DNA from: Escherichia coli
GTDB taxonomy: Bacteria > Pseudomonadota > Gammaproteobacteria > Enterobacterales > Enterobacteriaceae
Strand: one strand, 5' to 3'
Assembly: GCF_041886205.1 (NCBI RefSeq)
Contig: NZ_CP169029.1
Length of the DNA: 64,000 nucleotides
Shown here: positions 10,697 through 22,749 of the stretch, piece after piece
Numbering within the stretch: position 1 is the stretch's first letter
How the letters are laid out: every line of letters starts with the position of its first letter
Notes under the pieces: model-generated
What the model saw: the letters and a program-made list of their open reading frames with translations, nothing else
Told to the model about the DNA's origin: nothing
Databases searched by the model: none
Translations under genes and position numbers: made by a program

Positions 10697-11863
10697 ATGA
10701 TCATAAACAAAAATAGGCTAATCCCTATGTGCCTTATCATTTTCCCACCATTTCATACAGAATTTCAAGCTGATATACAGAAAAAATAACATTGACTGGC
10801 GAAGCTGTGATAGAACTTAGAATGTATCAGAAAGAAATATTTTGTATGACAAAATGATGTGGCAGATATTAAGGTCGTACCAGCAGTAATTTCCTGTGCG
10901 GTCCGTACAGGAAGGAGTGTCATATATTCTTATTATGTGAATTAGCTCAATTATTAGAGAGATGTCTGTTATATATAATTTATCACAACACGGTGTATCC
11001 TGTATTGTATCAGGGCTAAGTGGCAGTTTGTACATAACCTGCAAAGGATTTGCTAAAGGCACCTCAAGGCGGACCATGGTTTGCCACACCAGTGGTCTAT
11101 CGGTAAAAATCCGACACCGTGTTGTTTTTTCTCTGTACTTTTATCTATAAATCACGAGTTGATGGTGTTTTTTTGCTTCATGAAGGAGGGCTGTGAGGTG
11201 TTTTAACTTTTCTTCGTGAAGTCAAATAGAGATATATAATTTATTCATGTGATAGAATTATGTTTACTGTTAACGGGTTATATTTTGATCCACTTGATCA
11301 AGAAAGGGTTATTGGATGGGGAGTGTATCGTAAATCCCCATGGGACCTTGTTGGTGTTTATCCGACAGAATATATAGCCAGGGAAAAAGCGGTATCATAT
11401 GGCTGCGATTATTTAGTATCACTGGGCCCTTATCGTATTGGCTCACATGATTTCAGACCATTCATGTCATATATATAAATCTGCGTCCTGATATTATCAA
11501 ATATTCCAAGTATAAATACACTCTGATTCAGTGATGACATTGTATATATTATGCATTGCCATGATATATGGATTACTCCTGACGGGTTATCTCCGGACAG
11601 CTGGTGTATCTGAATCTGGAGTGTAAAATACAGTAAATATGTGATTTAAACTCTGTAAAAAAATCCTGCCATACAGATGTATGGCAGGTAAGTGTCAGTT
11701 ACGCTGTAAATAAACATAATATCAGGTACAGCACACCTGATTTACGTCTGCGAAAAAAATTATGTATAGAAATGGAGGAATATAAAGGATTTGTTGTTGA
11801 TTTTATGTATTATGTCACAAAACTATGTATATTGTTGATAAATAATCAGGCTATGTTGAAGGT

Positions 11864-11926
11864 GCGTATTTTCATGAAAGGAGATCACTCAATACTCACC
11901 GATCTCCTTCACGGTAATACGCACTG
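11864..11926. repeat. copy 1 of an unclassified palindromic repeat (GCGTATTTTCATGAAAGGAGATCACTCAATA...CTCACCGATCTCCTTCACGGTAATA), with an internal 23-bp deletion
   Basis: Near-identical to 18491..18577 and 41536..41591; abuts the truncated 3' end of an IS66-family tnpC. Confidence 0.6.
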
Positions 11927-11999
11927 ACTCCGGTAATCCCCGTATTTCATCCTCGATGGCGTACTGTTCACTGATTCGCTTCAGGGCTTCTTCTGCCGT

Positions 12000-13100
12000 C
12001 TATACATCGTGGATTTTTCGCCGGGCATGGGCCCAGCACGCAACTTCTGTCAGTGCACCACCTTCACGTTCTGCACTGAACAACCTGTCGTAACCTGTGA
12101 ACGCATCCGCCTGCAGGATACCCCGGAAGGGGCGGAGGTGTTGCTCCGGGTATTTCCCCTGACGGTTCGGCGAGTACGCGAACCAGACCGCTGGAGGAGA
12201 TGACGAACCCACATTGCGATCATCCCGGACATACGTCCAGATACGCCCTGTTTTCGCCTTTTTCTGACCCGGTGCCAGTACCTTTACCGGTGTGTCATCA
12301 GTGTGAACCTTGCGGGTGTTCATTACATAACGGTACAGGGCATCATTCACCGGTGTCATTAACTGGCAGCACGCGTCAACCCAGTTGGAGAGTAAGGCCC
12401 GGCTCAGTTCGACACCCTGGCGGGCAAAGATTTCACTCTGACGATACAGTGGCAGATGTTCGCAGTATTTTCCCGTTAACACGCGGGCAAGTAATCCGGA
12501 GCCCGCGATACCACGCTCTATCGGGCGGGACGGCGCCGGTGCTTCAACAATACAGTCACATTTTGTACAGGCTTTTTTTACCCGTTCTGTGCGGATCACT
12601 TTCAGGGCACTGCTCACCAGTTCCAGCTGTTCAGCGCTGACTTCCCCCAGATAATCCAGCTCACCGCCACACTCCGGGCAACAGCTTTCTTCTGGCTCCA
12701 GGCGGTGTATTTCACGGGGAAGGTGTGCCGGTAACGGACGACGATGGCGCGACTGTCGCAACTGGCGGGGAACCTGAGGATCGTCTTCCCGCCCACTGTA
12801 ACGATCGCTGTCCTGTTCACGTTGTTTCAGCAGGGCCTCAGCCAGTTCAACTTCACGACGCAGTTTTTCAGAACGGGTACCGAACAGCATCCGGCGCAGT
12901 TTTTCTATCTGAGCCCGCAGATGTTCTATTTCCCGTTCATCTTCTTCGATCTTTTCTTCGGCACGTGTCAGTGCAGAGCGCAGGAAGGCTTCCGTCTCTT
13001 CAACCAGACTCAGTTGCTGGTCTTTCTGACGGAGGGCTTCAGCCTGCTCAGAGAGCAACCTTTCCAGCTCTGCGATGCGAATGAGGTATTTCTGACTCAT
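12000..13100 (-). pseudogene. tnpC: IS66-family TnpC transposase, C-terminally truncated (366 of about 520 aa)
   Basis: MSQKYLIRIAELERLL...CPECGGELDYLGE...[13 protein letters not shown] then premature stop; compare the full-length copies at 14608..16179 and 50332..51903. Confidence 0.8.
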
Positions 13101-13130
13101 GACCGTTTTTATAATGCGGTCAGGAGTTTT

Positions 13131-13481
13131 TTACAACATTGTCAGTGAGTTACGGCGGGATGTTTTTGGCTGACGCCAGTCCAGCTTATCGAGGAGCATT
13201 GCCAGTTGCGAGCGGGTAATGGATACCTTGCCGTCACGTACCGCAGGCCAGATAAACTGGCCTTCCTCCAGGCGTTTGGTGAACAGGCACAGACCATCAG
13301 CATCAGCCCAAAGAATTTTAACGGTGTCACCCCGTCGGCCACGGAAGATAAACAGGTGACCGGAGAAGGGATTATCATTCAGCACATGTTGTACCTGTTC
13401 TCCCAGTCCGTTGAAGGATTTACGCATATCGGTAACGCCGGCAACGAGCCAGATACGGGTACCTGATGGGAGTGAGATCAT
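13131..13481 (-). CDS. tnpB: IS66-family TnpB (Orf2)
   Basis: 116 aa, MISLPSGTRIWLVAGVTDMRKSFNGLGEQV...; start overlaps the tnpA stop. Confidence 0.85.
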   Translation of the reverse strand: MISLPSGTRIWLVAGVTDMRKSFNGLGEQVQHVLNDNPFSGHLFIFRGRRGDTVKILWADADGLCLFTKRLEEGQFIWPAVRDGKVSITRSQLAMLLDKLDWRQPKTSRRNSLTML

Positions 13482-13903
13482 CTTCCCCTCCCGGTCAGTT
13501 CACGGATCAACACCGTGAGCAGCTCTGGCGATGGATTTTCCAGCGTCATGTTACCGTGACGGAATTCCACCTTGCAGGAACTGGCACTGACTCTGGTCTG
13601 AGTGGAAGTGGATAAAGACGGCGCAATGGCCGCCACAGGTTCTTTCTGCTCATCCGGCGTTATTTCTACAGGTAATAATTCAACGCCAGTGTCAGAAGAG
13701 GTCTTTACCGGAAGACGCCGCGAAACACGCCCTTCGTTCTGCCAGAGCCTGAGCCATTTGAAAATAACATTATCATTGACGCCATTTTCACGTGCAATCT
13801 GTGCAACACAAGCTCCAGGTTGTGATGCCAGTTCCACCATACGAAGTTTGAATTCATTCGAATAGTTTTTACGAGGTTCTTTTCGCCAGTCCTGTAATTC
13901 CAT
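13478..13903 (-). CDS. tnpA: IS66-family TnpA (Orf1)
   Basis: 141 aa with HTH region ...ASQPGACVAQIARENGVNDNVIFKWLRLW... Confidence 0.85.
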   Translation of the reverse strand: MELQDWRKEPRKNYSNEFKLRMVELASQPGACVAQIARENGVNDNVIFKWLRLWQNEGRVSRRLPVKTSSDTGVELLPVEITPDEQKEPVAAIAPSLSTSTQTRVSASSCKVEFRHGNMTLENPSPELLTVLIRELTGRGR

Positions 13904-13990
13904 ACTTAGATGTCCGTCTATATCAGATGGGCGTCTAAGTTACCAATTCTCGTCTGATGGCTACATACGGCGGTCAGTTTACGCTTACAC

Positions 13991-14211
13991 AACAATGGCG
14001 CGAGGGAAAGCTGCTATTACCTTCTTCAGAGAGCCCCCAGCTACTTCCTGTGACTCTTGATGCAGTTGCCGAACAGCCAGAATCGCTCGCAGAGGACCCG
14101 GAAACCCTCAGTATCAGTTGTGAGGTAACGTTCCGGCACGGGACGCTCCGCTTCAATGGCAATGTCAGCGAAAAGCTCCTGACTCTGCTGATACAGGAAC
14201 TGAAGCGATGA
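13991..14211 (+). pseudogene. tnpA: IS66-family TnpA, C-terminal fragment only
   Basis: Matches the C-terminal 73 aa of ORF 25092..25493 (...[54 protein letters not shown]). Confidence 0.8.
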
Positions 14212-14558
14212 TCCCGTTACCTTCCGGGACCAAAATTTGGCTGGTTGCCGGTATCACCGATATGAGAAATGGCTTCAACGGCCTGGCTGCGAAAGTACAA
14301 ACGGCGCTGAAAGACGATCCCATGTCCGGCCATGTTTTCATTTTCCGGGGCCGCAGCGGCAGTCAGGTTAAACTGCTGTGGTCCACCGGTGACGGACTGT
14401 GCCTCCTGACCAAACGGCTGGAGCGTGGGCGCTTCGCCTGGCCGTCAGCCCGTGATGGCAAAGTGTTCCTTACGCAGGCGCAGCAACTGGCGATGCTGCT
14501 GGAAGGTATCGACTGGCGACAGCCTAAGCGGCTGCTGACCTCCCTGACCATGCTGTAA
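14208..14558 (+). CDS. tnpB: IS66-family TnpB
   Basis: 116 aa [31 protein letters not shown]...; ATGA overlap with tnpA. Confidence 0.85.
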   Translation: MIPLPSGTKIWLVAGITDMRNGFNGLAAKVQTALKDDPMSGHVFIFRGRSGSQVKLLWSTGDGLCLLTKRLERGRFAWPSARDGKVFLTQAQQLAMLLEGIDWRQPKRLLTSLTML

Positions 14559-14607
14559 ATCTCTTTATCCTGGTTGTCACAGAATAAGCCCGGTAAAATA
14601 CGGGCTT

Positions 14608-16179
14608 ATGAACGACATTTCTTCTGACGACATCTTCCTGCTGAAACAGCGCCTGGCCGAACAGGAAGCGCTGATCCACGCCCTGCAGGAAAAGCTGAGC
14701 AACCGGGAGCGCGAAATAGACCATCTGCAGGCGCAGTTGGATAAACTCCGCCGGATGAACTTCGGCAGTCGTTCCGAAAAAGTCTCCCGCCGTATCGCAC
14801 AAATGGAAGCCGATCTGAACCGGCTTCAGAAAGAGAGCGATACGCTGACTGGTAGGGTGTATGACCCGGCAGTACAGCGTCCGTTGCGTCAGACCCGCAC
14901 CCGTAAGCCGTTCCCTGAATCACTACCCTGTGACGAAAAGCGACTGTTGCCTGCGGCGCCGTGCTGCCCGAACTGCGGCGGTTCACTGAGCTATCTGGGC
15001 GAGGATACCGCCAAACAGCTGGAGTTGATGCGTAGCGCCTTCCGGGTTATCCGGACGGTACGGGAAAAACATGCCTGTACTCAGTGCGATGCCATCGTGC
15101 AGGCACCTGCACCTTCGCGGCCCATCGAGCGGGGTATCGCCGGACCGGGGCTGCTGGCCCGCGTGCTGACCTCGAAGTATGCAGAGCACACCCCGCTGTA
15201 TCGCCAGTCAGAAATATACGGCCGGCAAGGTGTGGAGCTGAGCCGTTCACTGTTGTCGGGCTGGGTGGATGCATGCTGCCGGCTGCTGTCTCCGCTGGAA
15301 GAGGCGCTTCATGGCTATGTCATGACTGACGGCAAACTCCATGCCGATGATACCCCGGTCCAGGTACTGCTGCCGGGTAATAAGAAGACGAAGACCGGGC
15401 GGTTGTGGGCGTATAAGAAGACGAAGACCGGGCGGTTGTGGGCGTATGTTCGTGATGACCGCAATGCCGGGTCAGCGTTGGCACCTGCAGTGTGGTTCGC
15501 TTACAGCCCGGACAGAAAAGGCATCCATCCGCAGACTCATCTTGCTTGCTTCAGCGGTGTGCTGCAAGCGGATGCGTACGCCGGGTTCAACGAGCTGTAT
15601 CGCAATGGTGGGATAACGGAAGCTGCCTGCTGGGCTCATGCCCGCCGAAAGATCCACGATGTGCACGTCCGCATCCCGTCAGCACTGACGGAAGAAGCCC
15701 TGGAGCAGATCGGTCAGTTGTACGCCATAGAGGCGGATATAAGGGGAATGCCGGCAGAGCAGCGGCTTGCTGAACGTCAGCGAAAAACGAAACCGCTGTT
15801 GAAATCCCTGGAAAGCTGGTTGCGTGAAAAGATGAAGACCCTGTCGCGACACTCAGAGTTGGCGAAGGCGTTCGCGTACGCACTTAACCAGTGGCCGGCA
15901 CTGACGTACTATGCGAACGATGGCTGGGTGGAAATCGACAACAACATCGCTGAAAATGCCCTGCGGGCGGTCAGTCTGGGTCGTAAAAACTTCCTGTTCT
16001 TCGGCTCTGACCATGGTGGTGAGCGGGGAGCGCTACTGTACAGCCTGATCGGGACGTGCAAACTGAATGACGTGGATCCAGAAAGCTACCTTCGCCATGT
16101 GCTTGGCGTCATAGCAGACTGGCCGGTCAACCGGGTCAGCGAACTGCTTCCGTGGCGCATAGCACTGCCAGCTGAATAA
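14608..16179 (+). CDS. tnpC: IS66-family TnpC transposase (523 aa) carrying an in-frame 33-bp tandem duplication
   Basis: Full-length ORF with the CPNCGGSL zinc-ribbon-like motif; [11 protein letters not shown] is repeated twice (15382..15447). Confidence 0.85.
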   Translation: MNDISSDDIFLLKQRLAEQEALIHALQEKLSNREREIDHLQAQLDKLRRMNFGSRSEKVSRRIAQMEADLNRLQKESDTLTGRVYDPAVQRPLRQTRTRKPFPESLPCDEKRLLPAAPCCPNCGGSLSYLGEDTAKQLELMRSAFRVIRTVREKHACTQCDAIVQAPAPSRPIERGIAGPGLLARVLTSKYAEHTPLYRQSEIYGRQGVELSRSLLSGWVDACCRLLSPLEEALHGYVMTDGKLHADDTPVQVLLPGNKKTKTGRLWAYKKTKTGRLWAYVRDDRNAGSALAPAVWFAYSPDRKGIHPQTHLACFSGVLQADAYAGFNELYRNGGITEAACWAHARRKIHDVHVRIPSALTEEALEQIGQLYAIEADIRGMPAEQRLAERQRKTKPLLKSLESWLREKMKTLSRHSELAKAFAYALNQWPALTYYANDGWVEIDNNIAENALRAVSLGRKNFLFFGSDHGGERGALLYSLIGTCKLNDVDPESYLRHVLGVIADWPVNRVSELLPWRIALPAE

Positions 16180-16351
16180 CACATCCCCGTCAATACGGCC
16201 CTCGCTGTACGCTTACGAGTAAGATTTCTTAAAAAATATAACAATAACAAAAAATTGAAATATATCACAAAAAAATCAATATACCCCTTATAAGGCCTGG
16301 ATGACTGTACAGCATGTATATGCCAGAAAACCGGTTTATGTGAATCAGGGT

Positions 16352-17086
16352 TTACCCGTCACCAGTTGTGTCCTTAATACCATACTGTTTTAACCACTGA
16401 CAGGGAGTGACTGAGTAGTATTTTCTGAAACTTAAAATAAAATACGACAGACTGCTATATCCGCACTCTCTAGCGACAATAAAAATGTTAGCATTCCCGC
16501 ACTTCATCAGAGTTATTGCCTTTTTCATACGTACTTCTGTGATTATCCGGCTGAATCCTGCGCCTTCACTGTGCAGTTTTCTTTTAAGCTGACTGGCACT
16601 TATACATAACGCTGATGCAACATCTGACAGATACCATTTCTTTGCCGGCTCTGCGGCAACAATAGCTTCAACACGTAACGAGTAGTTATTCAGCCCACCG
16701 GACAATACAGGCAGCAACTGGTTTTTATCATTAAGATAATCCAGCAGCACAAATAATACTGACTCATAAAGGTTAGTATTTTTCTGTTGTTCCACAAGTG
16801 ACATCAGCGAGTTCAGAAAGGTACCATACGCTTTCTTTCTGAAAAAAGAATTTTTCCTGTCAGTGATGCATAACGCATCGGCATCCCTCAGTCTGATATA
16901 CAGATAGTCGCTGATGATATGACAGGGTATATCAATAAACCTCACACATCCTTCACAGGCATCCGTAATATACTGAATGTCATTTCTTTTAAGAAAGAGA
17001 ATTTCATTCCGGGCAAAATCAAGCTCTTCATTGTAAAATGAAGCACAGAATGGCCTCACTATAATGGCAAAACAATACGGAAACAT
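16352..17086 (-). CDS. AraC-family transcriptional regulator (Rns/CfaD-like, AT-rich gene)
   Basis: 244-aa ORF with a C-terminal AraC-type HTH (...YLSDVASALCISASQLKRKLHSEGAGFSRIITEVRMKKAITLM...GYSSLSYFILSFRKYYSVTPCQW...). Confidence 0.7.
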   Translation of the reverse strand: MFPYCFAIIVRPFCASFYNEELDFARNEILFLKRNDIQYITDACEGCVRFIDIPCHIISDYLYIRLRDADALCITDRKNSFFRKKAYGTFLNSLMSLVEQQKNTNLYESVLFVLLDYLNDKNQLLPVLSGGLNNYSLRVEAIVAAEPAKKWYLSDVASALCISASQLKRKLHSEGAGFSRIITEVRMKKAITLMKCGNANIFIVARECGYSSLSYFILSFRKYYSVTPCQWLKQYGIKDTTGDG

Positions 17087-17241
17087 ACAGTACAGGTGTT
17101 ATTTAGAAATATCCGGTATTTTTCTTATTATAGCTGACAGACTTACTTCCTGACATTATATTAAGAAGTTCGATTTTATTATTAAAGTAACCGGACAAAA
17201 TACAGTCCGGTCACCGTGGTTATACGCGCATATAAATGTTA

Positions 17242-17871
17242 TCAGTCACCTTCATTCAGGCTGACAGTATCCGTAATCACACCATCTTCTGCACCTTTCA
17301 GTGCAAGATTGGCTTCGTAGTATTTCCCTTCGCTCATTAATTTTTGCGCACTGTTAACCTTTTTCTGCGTCTGTTTTAATGGCATCAGCCACTGCGTTTC
17401 TGAAATATCAATTCCGGCGAGATGCAGTACGTCAATTGCTCCTTTTTTGTCACCTTTATCCAGTTTTTTATTGGCCTCATCAATAGCTTTCTGTTTTTCC
17501 GGGGTGACAGTAAAGTCTTCAGACAACATTAAGCTGCTGTTAATAATAATGTAGACATCGCCTTCCTGTGGTGTTTTTTTATCCTTGCGGACAACTGTTT
17601 CCCATGTTTTATCATCAGATTTAAGCAAATCTTCAGCCCGGTTTATCAGCTTATCTGCTGCTCCTGTGTCACCACTGAATAAGGCAAGACGTGCATACTG
17701 CATGTCATCCATAATTTCCATACCACGCTGTTCTGCCTTCAGACTCCTTTCTGATAAAACTGTCTGAGCCTCATTTTTTGTGGATGAAGTGTTTTCTGAA
17801 GTTGCTGAGGCCATTGCGACAGCAGAGGTCAGGGACAGAGCGATTGCTACAGCATTAAAGATATGTTTCAT
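17242..17871 (-). CDS. yfdX: YfdX-family periplasmic protein
   Basis: 209 aa with signal peptide MKHIFNAVAIALSLTSAVAMA and a conserved C-terminal ...SEGKYYEANLALKGAEDGVI... region. Confidence 0.7.
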   Translation of the reverse strand: MKHIFNAVAIALSLTSAVAMASATSENTSSTKNEAQTVLSERSLKAEQRGMEIMDDMQYARLALFSGDTGAADKLINRAEDLLKSDDKTWETVVRKDKKTPQEGDVYIIINSSLMLSEDFTVTPEKQKAIDEANKKLDKGDKKGAIDVLHLAGIDISETQWLMPLKQTQKKVNSAQKLMSEGKYYEANLALKGAEDGVITDTVSLNEGD

Positions 17872-18490
17872 ATTTTTTACTCCGACATCAGGCAGAAAGA
17901 ATCATACCTGATAATAAACATAATATGATTTTCCCCCTGACGATTAGTCATATACTCAGGAAGCCGGACAAGGATGTCCCCCTCCCGGACATTTATATTC
18001 CCCTATCCGGCATGCATATTTTATGTTCTGCAACTGATATAAGAAATCTGACCACTTACCCCCACACAAAAAATAAATACCGAACCGGTAATATCACAAT
18101 ACATCATTATAAAATTATATTTATGTTACCAGTAATTTTTATGCCATCACAAGCCCAAAAAATCATTAATAACCCACCCCGCTCCATGCAAATAAAAGAA
18201 AATACATTTCACATGAAATACCATGATATATATATTGCCCGGAGTGATGGTGTTTTTATGAAGCAATTTAAATAATACAGATAACTGTAATTTATCATTC
18301 AGACGAAGAGATTTGATTTACACGGTAAGAGCATATGGCACATTACAACAGGGGTCTCTGTGAATATATACAGAAAACATATCTCATAAAACCCGGGAAA
18401 TGCCCCATGAATACAGGACAGTGAAAACAGGCATGATAATCAGGAAAGCCATGCCTGATACAGAAAAAGTTACCTGCGGGGATAATGCAT

Positions 18491-18577
18491 GCGTATTTTC
18501 ATGGAAGGAGATCACTCAATAACTTCCATCGAGAGCGGGTAATAACTCACCGATCTCCTTCACGGTAATAAGCAATG
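18491..18577. repeat. copy 2 (most complete) of the unclassified palindromic repeat
   Basis: GCGTATTTTCATGGAAGGAGATCACTCAATAACTTCCATCGAGAGCGGGTAATAACTCACCGATCTCCTTCACGGTAATAAGCA; the arms AAGGAGATC and GATCTCCTT can pair. Confidence 0.6.
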
Positions 18578-18622
18578 CACAACCAGGCACTTACTGGCCG
18601 GTTATCCATGTCTATATTATAT

Positions 18623-18850
18623 TTACATCACGTCAGTTTTCATAAAGGCTGTGAACAGCCAGTAAATCAGGCCACTGAATACCAGCCACAGCACAACTAG
18701 GGCTGCAACCCTCACAGGGATATCACACTCTTCCGGCACTTTTTCCACAGCCATACTGCACAGATGGACTGTCATAACAGAAATCATCACAACAGCAAGG
18801 ATATGAATGAAAAGAAAAACGACTTTCATTTTCCGGAAATGCATATACAA
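18623..18850 (-). CDS. small hydrophobic (membrane) protein, hypothetical
   Basis: 75-aa ORF with two predicted transmembrane stretches; no family recognised. Confidence 0.25.
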   Translation of the reverse strand: MYMHFRKMKVVFLFIHILAVVMISVMTVHLCSMAVEKVPEECDIPVRVAALVVLWLVFSGLIYWLFTAFMKTDVM

Positions 18851-19162
18851 ACCCTGACTCAGCCTGTCCTGTCTTTCCTGATCCTCTGTAATCTTAACTT
18901 ATCCATGCGCTGACGAAGTCTGCCCGGAACACGCCCGCTCTTTCTTGAAATATGAGCACAGATAAAATCTTCAAGCAGAAAATGCATGTCCTGCATTACC
19001 ACATCTTCTTTTTTGTCTTTCACTGAAAAATGCCTGACAAAATCGCTCATGAAAATGTTTCTGAAACGCTGTTATCCAGCTTCAGAAACCGGTACTGCCT
19101 TCACCAACACAAATCATTTTGTTGTCACTGTCTGACCTGTTCTCCCCTCCCGGAACTCGCTG

Positions 19163-20197
19163 TTACTGATAGGAAAATGTAAATGTTGATATTCCGTTAA
19201 CCGTACCCGGATTAATTCCCTCACCAGTATTCACATACTTTACATACAACCGGACTGAGGGTGACGTTTCCGTTCCTGTTGATAACTGCCACTGGTTTTC
19301 ATTTCCCTTTACCGGCGAATCAGGTCCAAACTTCAGGGGCGTACTGTCAGTGTTTTTGTATATTCTCAGCCCGACTCCGGTTGCAGTCGATGCCCCCGTC
19401 AGTGTGAGTATATCGCTTCTGTTGGACGGTGTGGTCGCATCAGTCAGTGTTGCCCATACTGTTACTCCGGCATCACACTGTAATTTCAGTGATGTTGTCC
19501 CGGCGACAACTTCATCACCGGATGATGGCAGTTGTCCGGCAGAAATTGCAGCCAGGCTGACATTGACTGCGGAAGGTGTCAGTAATCTGCACGATGTTAC
19601 TGTGTCATTCAGCGTAAATGGATTCAGGCTGAAATTCACTGTGGTCTGAACACTGCCTGCAGATGAACCGTTATAGGGCCTCATTCTGATACTCCCGATG
19701 CTGGTCTTCTGTACACTGTATCGCGCAGAGGAATTTCTTTTTAAAATTACAGGTGTTACACGAACAGACAGTCCCTGGGTTGATGCAGTATTAGCTCCGA
19801 CACACCATCCGGAAAAGACATTTTCCCATGAGTTTCCGCTCATCGCGGTACCCCTGGAATAATTCGTGTCCCCCATCCATATAAGGAGCCCCACCTCCTC
19901 TGTCAGCCCATAAATACTCTGCCCGTCAAGACTGCCAACCACGGGTAAATCCACTTTCCCGTCCAGCCCGACACAAAATCCCTTAGAAATACGCCAGACA
20001 TTTGCATTCTGATATCCAATGTTGTTACCGGTATTATAGACAAATGGCAGGTTATCCATTGCATGAGTTCTGGAATAAGAGCCTGGAGATGGTCCCACAT
20101 CGTTTTCCGTACTGCCAATAAATGAAACTGCCGCCTGACTGATATTGCAGCAAACCAGAATGAATACAGCCAGAAAGACCTTATAAAAATTTGTCAT
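19163..20197 (-). CDS. fimbrial tip adhesin, F17-G-like two-domain adhesin (344 aa)
   Basis: Signal peptide, then an N-terminal lectin-like domain and a C-terminal pilin domain; last gene of a major pilin/chaperone/usher/adhesin operon. Confidence 0.7.
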   Translation of the reverse strand: MTNFYKVFLAVFILVCCNISQAAVSFIGSTENDVGPSPGSYSRTHAMDNLPFVYNTGNNIGYQNANVWRISKGFCVGLDGKVDLPVVGSLDGQSIYGLTEEVGLLIWMGDTNYSRGTAMSGNSWENVFSGWCVGANTASTQGLSVRVTPVILKRNSSARYSVQKTSIGSIRMRPYNGSSAGSVQTTVNFSLNPFTLNDTVTSCRLLTPSAVNVSLAAISAGQLPSSGDEVVAGTTSLKLQCDAGVTVWATLTDATTPSNRSDILTLTGASTATGVGLRIYKNTDSTPLKFGPDSPVKGNENQWQLSTGTETSPSVRLYVKYVNTGEGINPGTVNGISTFTFSYQ

Positions 20198-20198
20198 A

Positions 20199-22736
20199 TT
20201 ATTGCCTCATGCATACTACATGATGGTTTTCCGGAACAGCATTTCCCCTGGCATTTTCTCCGGACGCACTATAGTGAATGACACAACTGTCATTCTGCCC
20301 GCTTCCCCAGACTATCCTGAGCATCCCTTTTTCAGCATCCAGGTCACGTACAAATAACCGGCCTCCCTGAGCAATGTAGCCTGCAGATTTCCCGTCTGCT
20401 GTTAATGCTTCCGCGGCCATCGGCGGCGGCGTTCCGTCCGGCATCTTCACATCAAACAACATGGCTTTCCCCGTTTTTGTTGTGAAGGTCACCATGGTGG
20501 TACTGTTGGCCCGGGGAATAATTTCCCGCTCTGTTGCAGACAGTTCCACATCCGCAGCCAGCGCTGTCGGGTCGATACTGATATAATTCTTTTCGTAAGG
20601 TGTGACATACGGAACAATGCCGTTACCCCAGGGGTCCAGCCGGTTACCCGGCGCATTATTAATCACCGCCCCACCGGCACCATCAGCATGAATAACGGTA
20701 AATGTGTCACCAAGGTCATTACTGGCCGTCACACCAAACGGATGCGCCACTATTGCCCCGGATATACCGGCAGATATCTGACGGTTATGGCGACTGTCAT
20801 TCCCTGCCGTGGCCTGCAGGGTGGCCACCGGTGAACGATAACTGCCATTCACCGCATACCCTGTCGGTCCGTTTTCCTGGGTGTTCAGGGACACACCATA
20901 TGACAACTGATTGTCATCCCCGCTGACACCACTGATACTGCTCTGAATGCTGTTACTGTTTTTATCGCTGACATTCACTGTCGTGGACAGCAACGTCCTT
21001 CCCGTATCTGAAAGTGGCAGGGAAAAACTGAAAAAGAACCGGTTATCATGATGATAATCACCACTCCGTCGGGTCTGGGAAAAGCCAATCTGGTAACTCA
21101 TTTTTTTCCAGACGTTGTTATAACCGGCCTGGTACTCATTGAATGTCCCTGTATGTCCCCAGTAATGATAAGTGGCTCCGGTCAGATACAGGTTTCCCCA
21201 TCCCTCACCAAGACTCTGGTTCACAGTCAGTTGCAACTGATTCCTTGGCCGGTAACCAGTTGCACTCCTGACCGATGAATCATTAATCACATCACGATTC
21301 CTGGTCAGGATGGCATCCCGAAGACTCCAGAAGTCACGGGATGAATAACGGTAAGCCGCCAGCGTCACATTTGTACTGGTTTCCGGTATTCGTGCACTGT
21401 AACCGGCATGCAGGCTGTAGCCGCGATGTGTCGTGTCAGAACCCGGGAAAGTCGTTCTGGCCAGCGTAATATCCGTGGCAACAGCCCCCAGTGGTGTATT
21501 GAATGCCACACCACCCAGCCCTGACAGATAATGAGGTGCGGTACTCATCCCCGTATTCAGGGTGATATCATTTGTCAGCCCGTACTGCAGGGTCCCCTGG
21601 AATACGGTATCGCTGAATGTCCTGTTACCGTAACGATAACGCCCGGCTGCCACCTGCCAGCGACTGAACCCCGGGCGAACCAGTTGTGCAACCGAAGCAA
21701 ACGGCACGATAAAACTCCTGGTCTGTCCGTCTGACTCTGTCACAGTGACTGTCAGGTCACCACCATATCCACTGGGATAAAGGTCACTGATGGAGAAAGG
21801 CCCTGCCGGCACGGTAGTTTCATAAATAATGTTACCGTTCTGCCGGACAGTAACCCTGGCGTTACTTCCGGCCATCCCCCGAACCACAGGGGCATAACCA
21901 CGCAACGAACCCGGCAGCATCCGGTCATCAGAAGCCAGTCTTATTCCCCTGAGGCTGTTACTGTCCATAAGCTCACCTGTGGTGGTGAAATCCCCCAGTG
22001 TCAGTTGCGCACGCAACATGGCTATGTCGTGCTGAAGGTTCGTTTCAATACTCCGGTAACCTTCTGCATGACCGTCACTCCAGCTTTCTGTCCCCCGGTG
22101 ACGAAATGCCCAGCCTCCTGCGTTAAAGCCGGCACGAAGACCAAGATAACTCTGATTATTTTCCATATCGGGCGTCCGGTAACGCCAGTGATTCACGTCA
22201 TAACTGACAAAGGCAGCCGGCACCCCCGTCTGCCACTGAGAAGGTGATATGTATCCCCGTGGACGGGAAACCAGCATGGCCTGCGGAATTTCAACATTCA
22301 GCCGCAGCAGTGACAGGTCAAAACGGATTTTGGCATCAGGTACAACTGCAGAAAATGGCATGCAACGACCATTTCCGGTATCCGGTTCACGGGCAACGGC
22401 CTCGGGTGACACATCCAGAATGGATAACAGTTCCGGCGTCACACACAGAACACTCTCCTCCTGTGAAGAGGACATATCACGGAATGACAATTCCGCATTT
22501 CCTTTCCATTCACCGTTCAGATAAATGTCTGAATAATAATTCCCTGAGGGAACAGGATTCCCGTGCGTGAAACGACGGACATCAATCACACTGCTCCCTG
22601 GCGTGCGGCTCAGAAAACTCGGGTCAAATTCTGCATCCTCTGCCGCCCACAAAGGCGCAGACAGCATATAAAGTCCCGGCAGACAACATAAATAAATGAC
22701 ACGATATTTCAGACCGGATAAAGAATAATGACTCAC
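20199..22736 (-). CDS. fimbrial outer-membrane usher (845 aa)
   Basis: Size and position between the chaperone and adhesin genes; typical usher length. Confidence 0.85.
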   Translation of the reverse strand: MSHYSLSGLKYRVIYLCCLPGLYMLSAPLWAAEDAEFDPSFLSRTPGSSVIDVRRFTHGNPVPSGNYYSDIYLNGEWKGNAELSFRDMSSSQEESVLCVTPELLSILDVSPEAVAREPDTGNGRCMPFSAVVPDAKIRFDLSLLRLNVEIPQAMLVSRPRGYISPSQWQTGVPAAFVSYDVNHWRYRTPDMENNQSYLGLRAGFNAGGWAFRHRGTESWSDGHAEGYRSIETNLQHDIAMLRAQLTLGDFTTTGELMDSNSLRGIRLASDDRMLPGSLRGYAPVVRGMAGSNARVTVRQNGNIIYETTVPAGPFSISDLYPSGYGGDLTVTVTESDGQTRSFIVPFASVAQLVRPGFSRWQVAAGRYRYGNRTFSDTVFQGTLQYGLTNDITLNTGMSTAPHYLSGLGGVAFNTPLGAVATDITLARTTFPGSDTTHRGYSLHAGYSARIPETSTNVTLAAYRYSSRDFWSLRDAILTRNRDVINDSSVRSATGYRPRNQLQLTVNQSLGEGWGNLYLTGATYHYWGHTGTFNEYQAGYNNVWKKMSYQIGFSQTRRSGDYHHDNRFFFSFSLPLSDTGRTLLSTTVNVSDKNSNSIQSSISGVSGDDNQLSYGVSLNTQENGPTGYAVNGSYRSPVATLQATAGNDSRHNRQISAGISGAIVAHPFGVTASNDLGDTFTVIHADGAGGAVINNAPGNRLDPWGNGIVPYVTPYEKNYISIDPTALAADVELSATEREIIPRANSTTMVTFTTKTGKAMLFDVKMPDGTPPPMAAEALTADGKSAGYIAQGGRLFVRDLDAEKGMLRIVWGSGQNDSCVIHYSASGENARGNAVPENHHVVCMRQ

Positions 22737-22749
22737 TTACGGGCCCTTA

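Larger units (their letters stand above)
11927..13990 (-). mobile_element. IS66-family element 1, truncated at the tnpC 3' end, with a terminal repeat at 13961-13990
   Basis: tnpA, tnpB and tnpC in canonical order on the minus strand; terminal sequence reads GTAAGCGTAAACTGACCGCCGTATGTAGCC on the minus strand. Confidence 0.7.
13991..16216 (+). mobile_element. IS66-family element 2, 5'-truncated (starts inside tnpA), right end ...CGCTGTACGCTTAC at 16216
   Basis: Homology to the intact tnpA at 25092..25493 begins at 13991 (QQWREGKLLLPSS...); tnpB and tnpC are complete. Confidence 0.75.

Noticed and set aside
10817-11478. ORFs 10817..11089 (-), 10962..11150 (+), 11260..11478 (+) in the AT-rich spacer after IS2
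   Set aside because: Very AT-rich, low-complexity products; only 11260..11478 looks protein-like but has no supporting RBS or homology I can recognise.
12009-13148. Plus-strand ORFs antisense to IS66 tnpC (12200..12640, 12725..13084, 12744..13148)
   Set aside because: They overlap a well-supported transposase on the opposite strand and lack recognisable features.
17925-19050. ORF 17925..18275 (+) and ORF 18859..19050 (-) between yfdX and the fimbrial adhesin gene
   Set aside because: No RBS, AT-rich and low-complexity; likely non-coding spacer (only the 75-aa membrane ORF 18623..18850 is kept, at low confidence).
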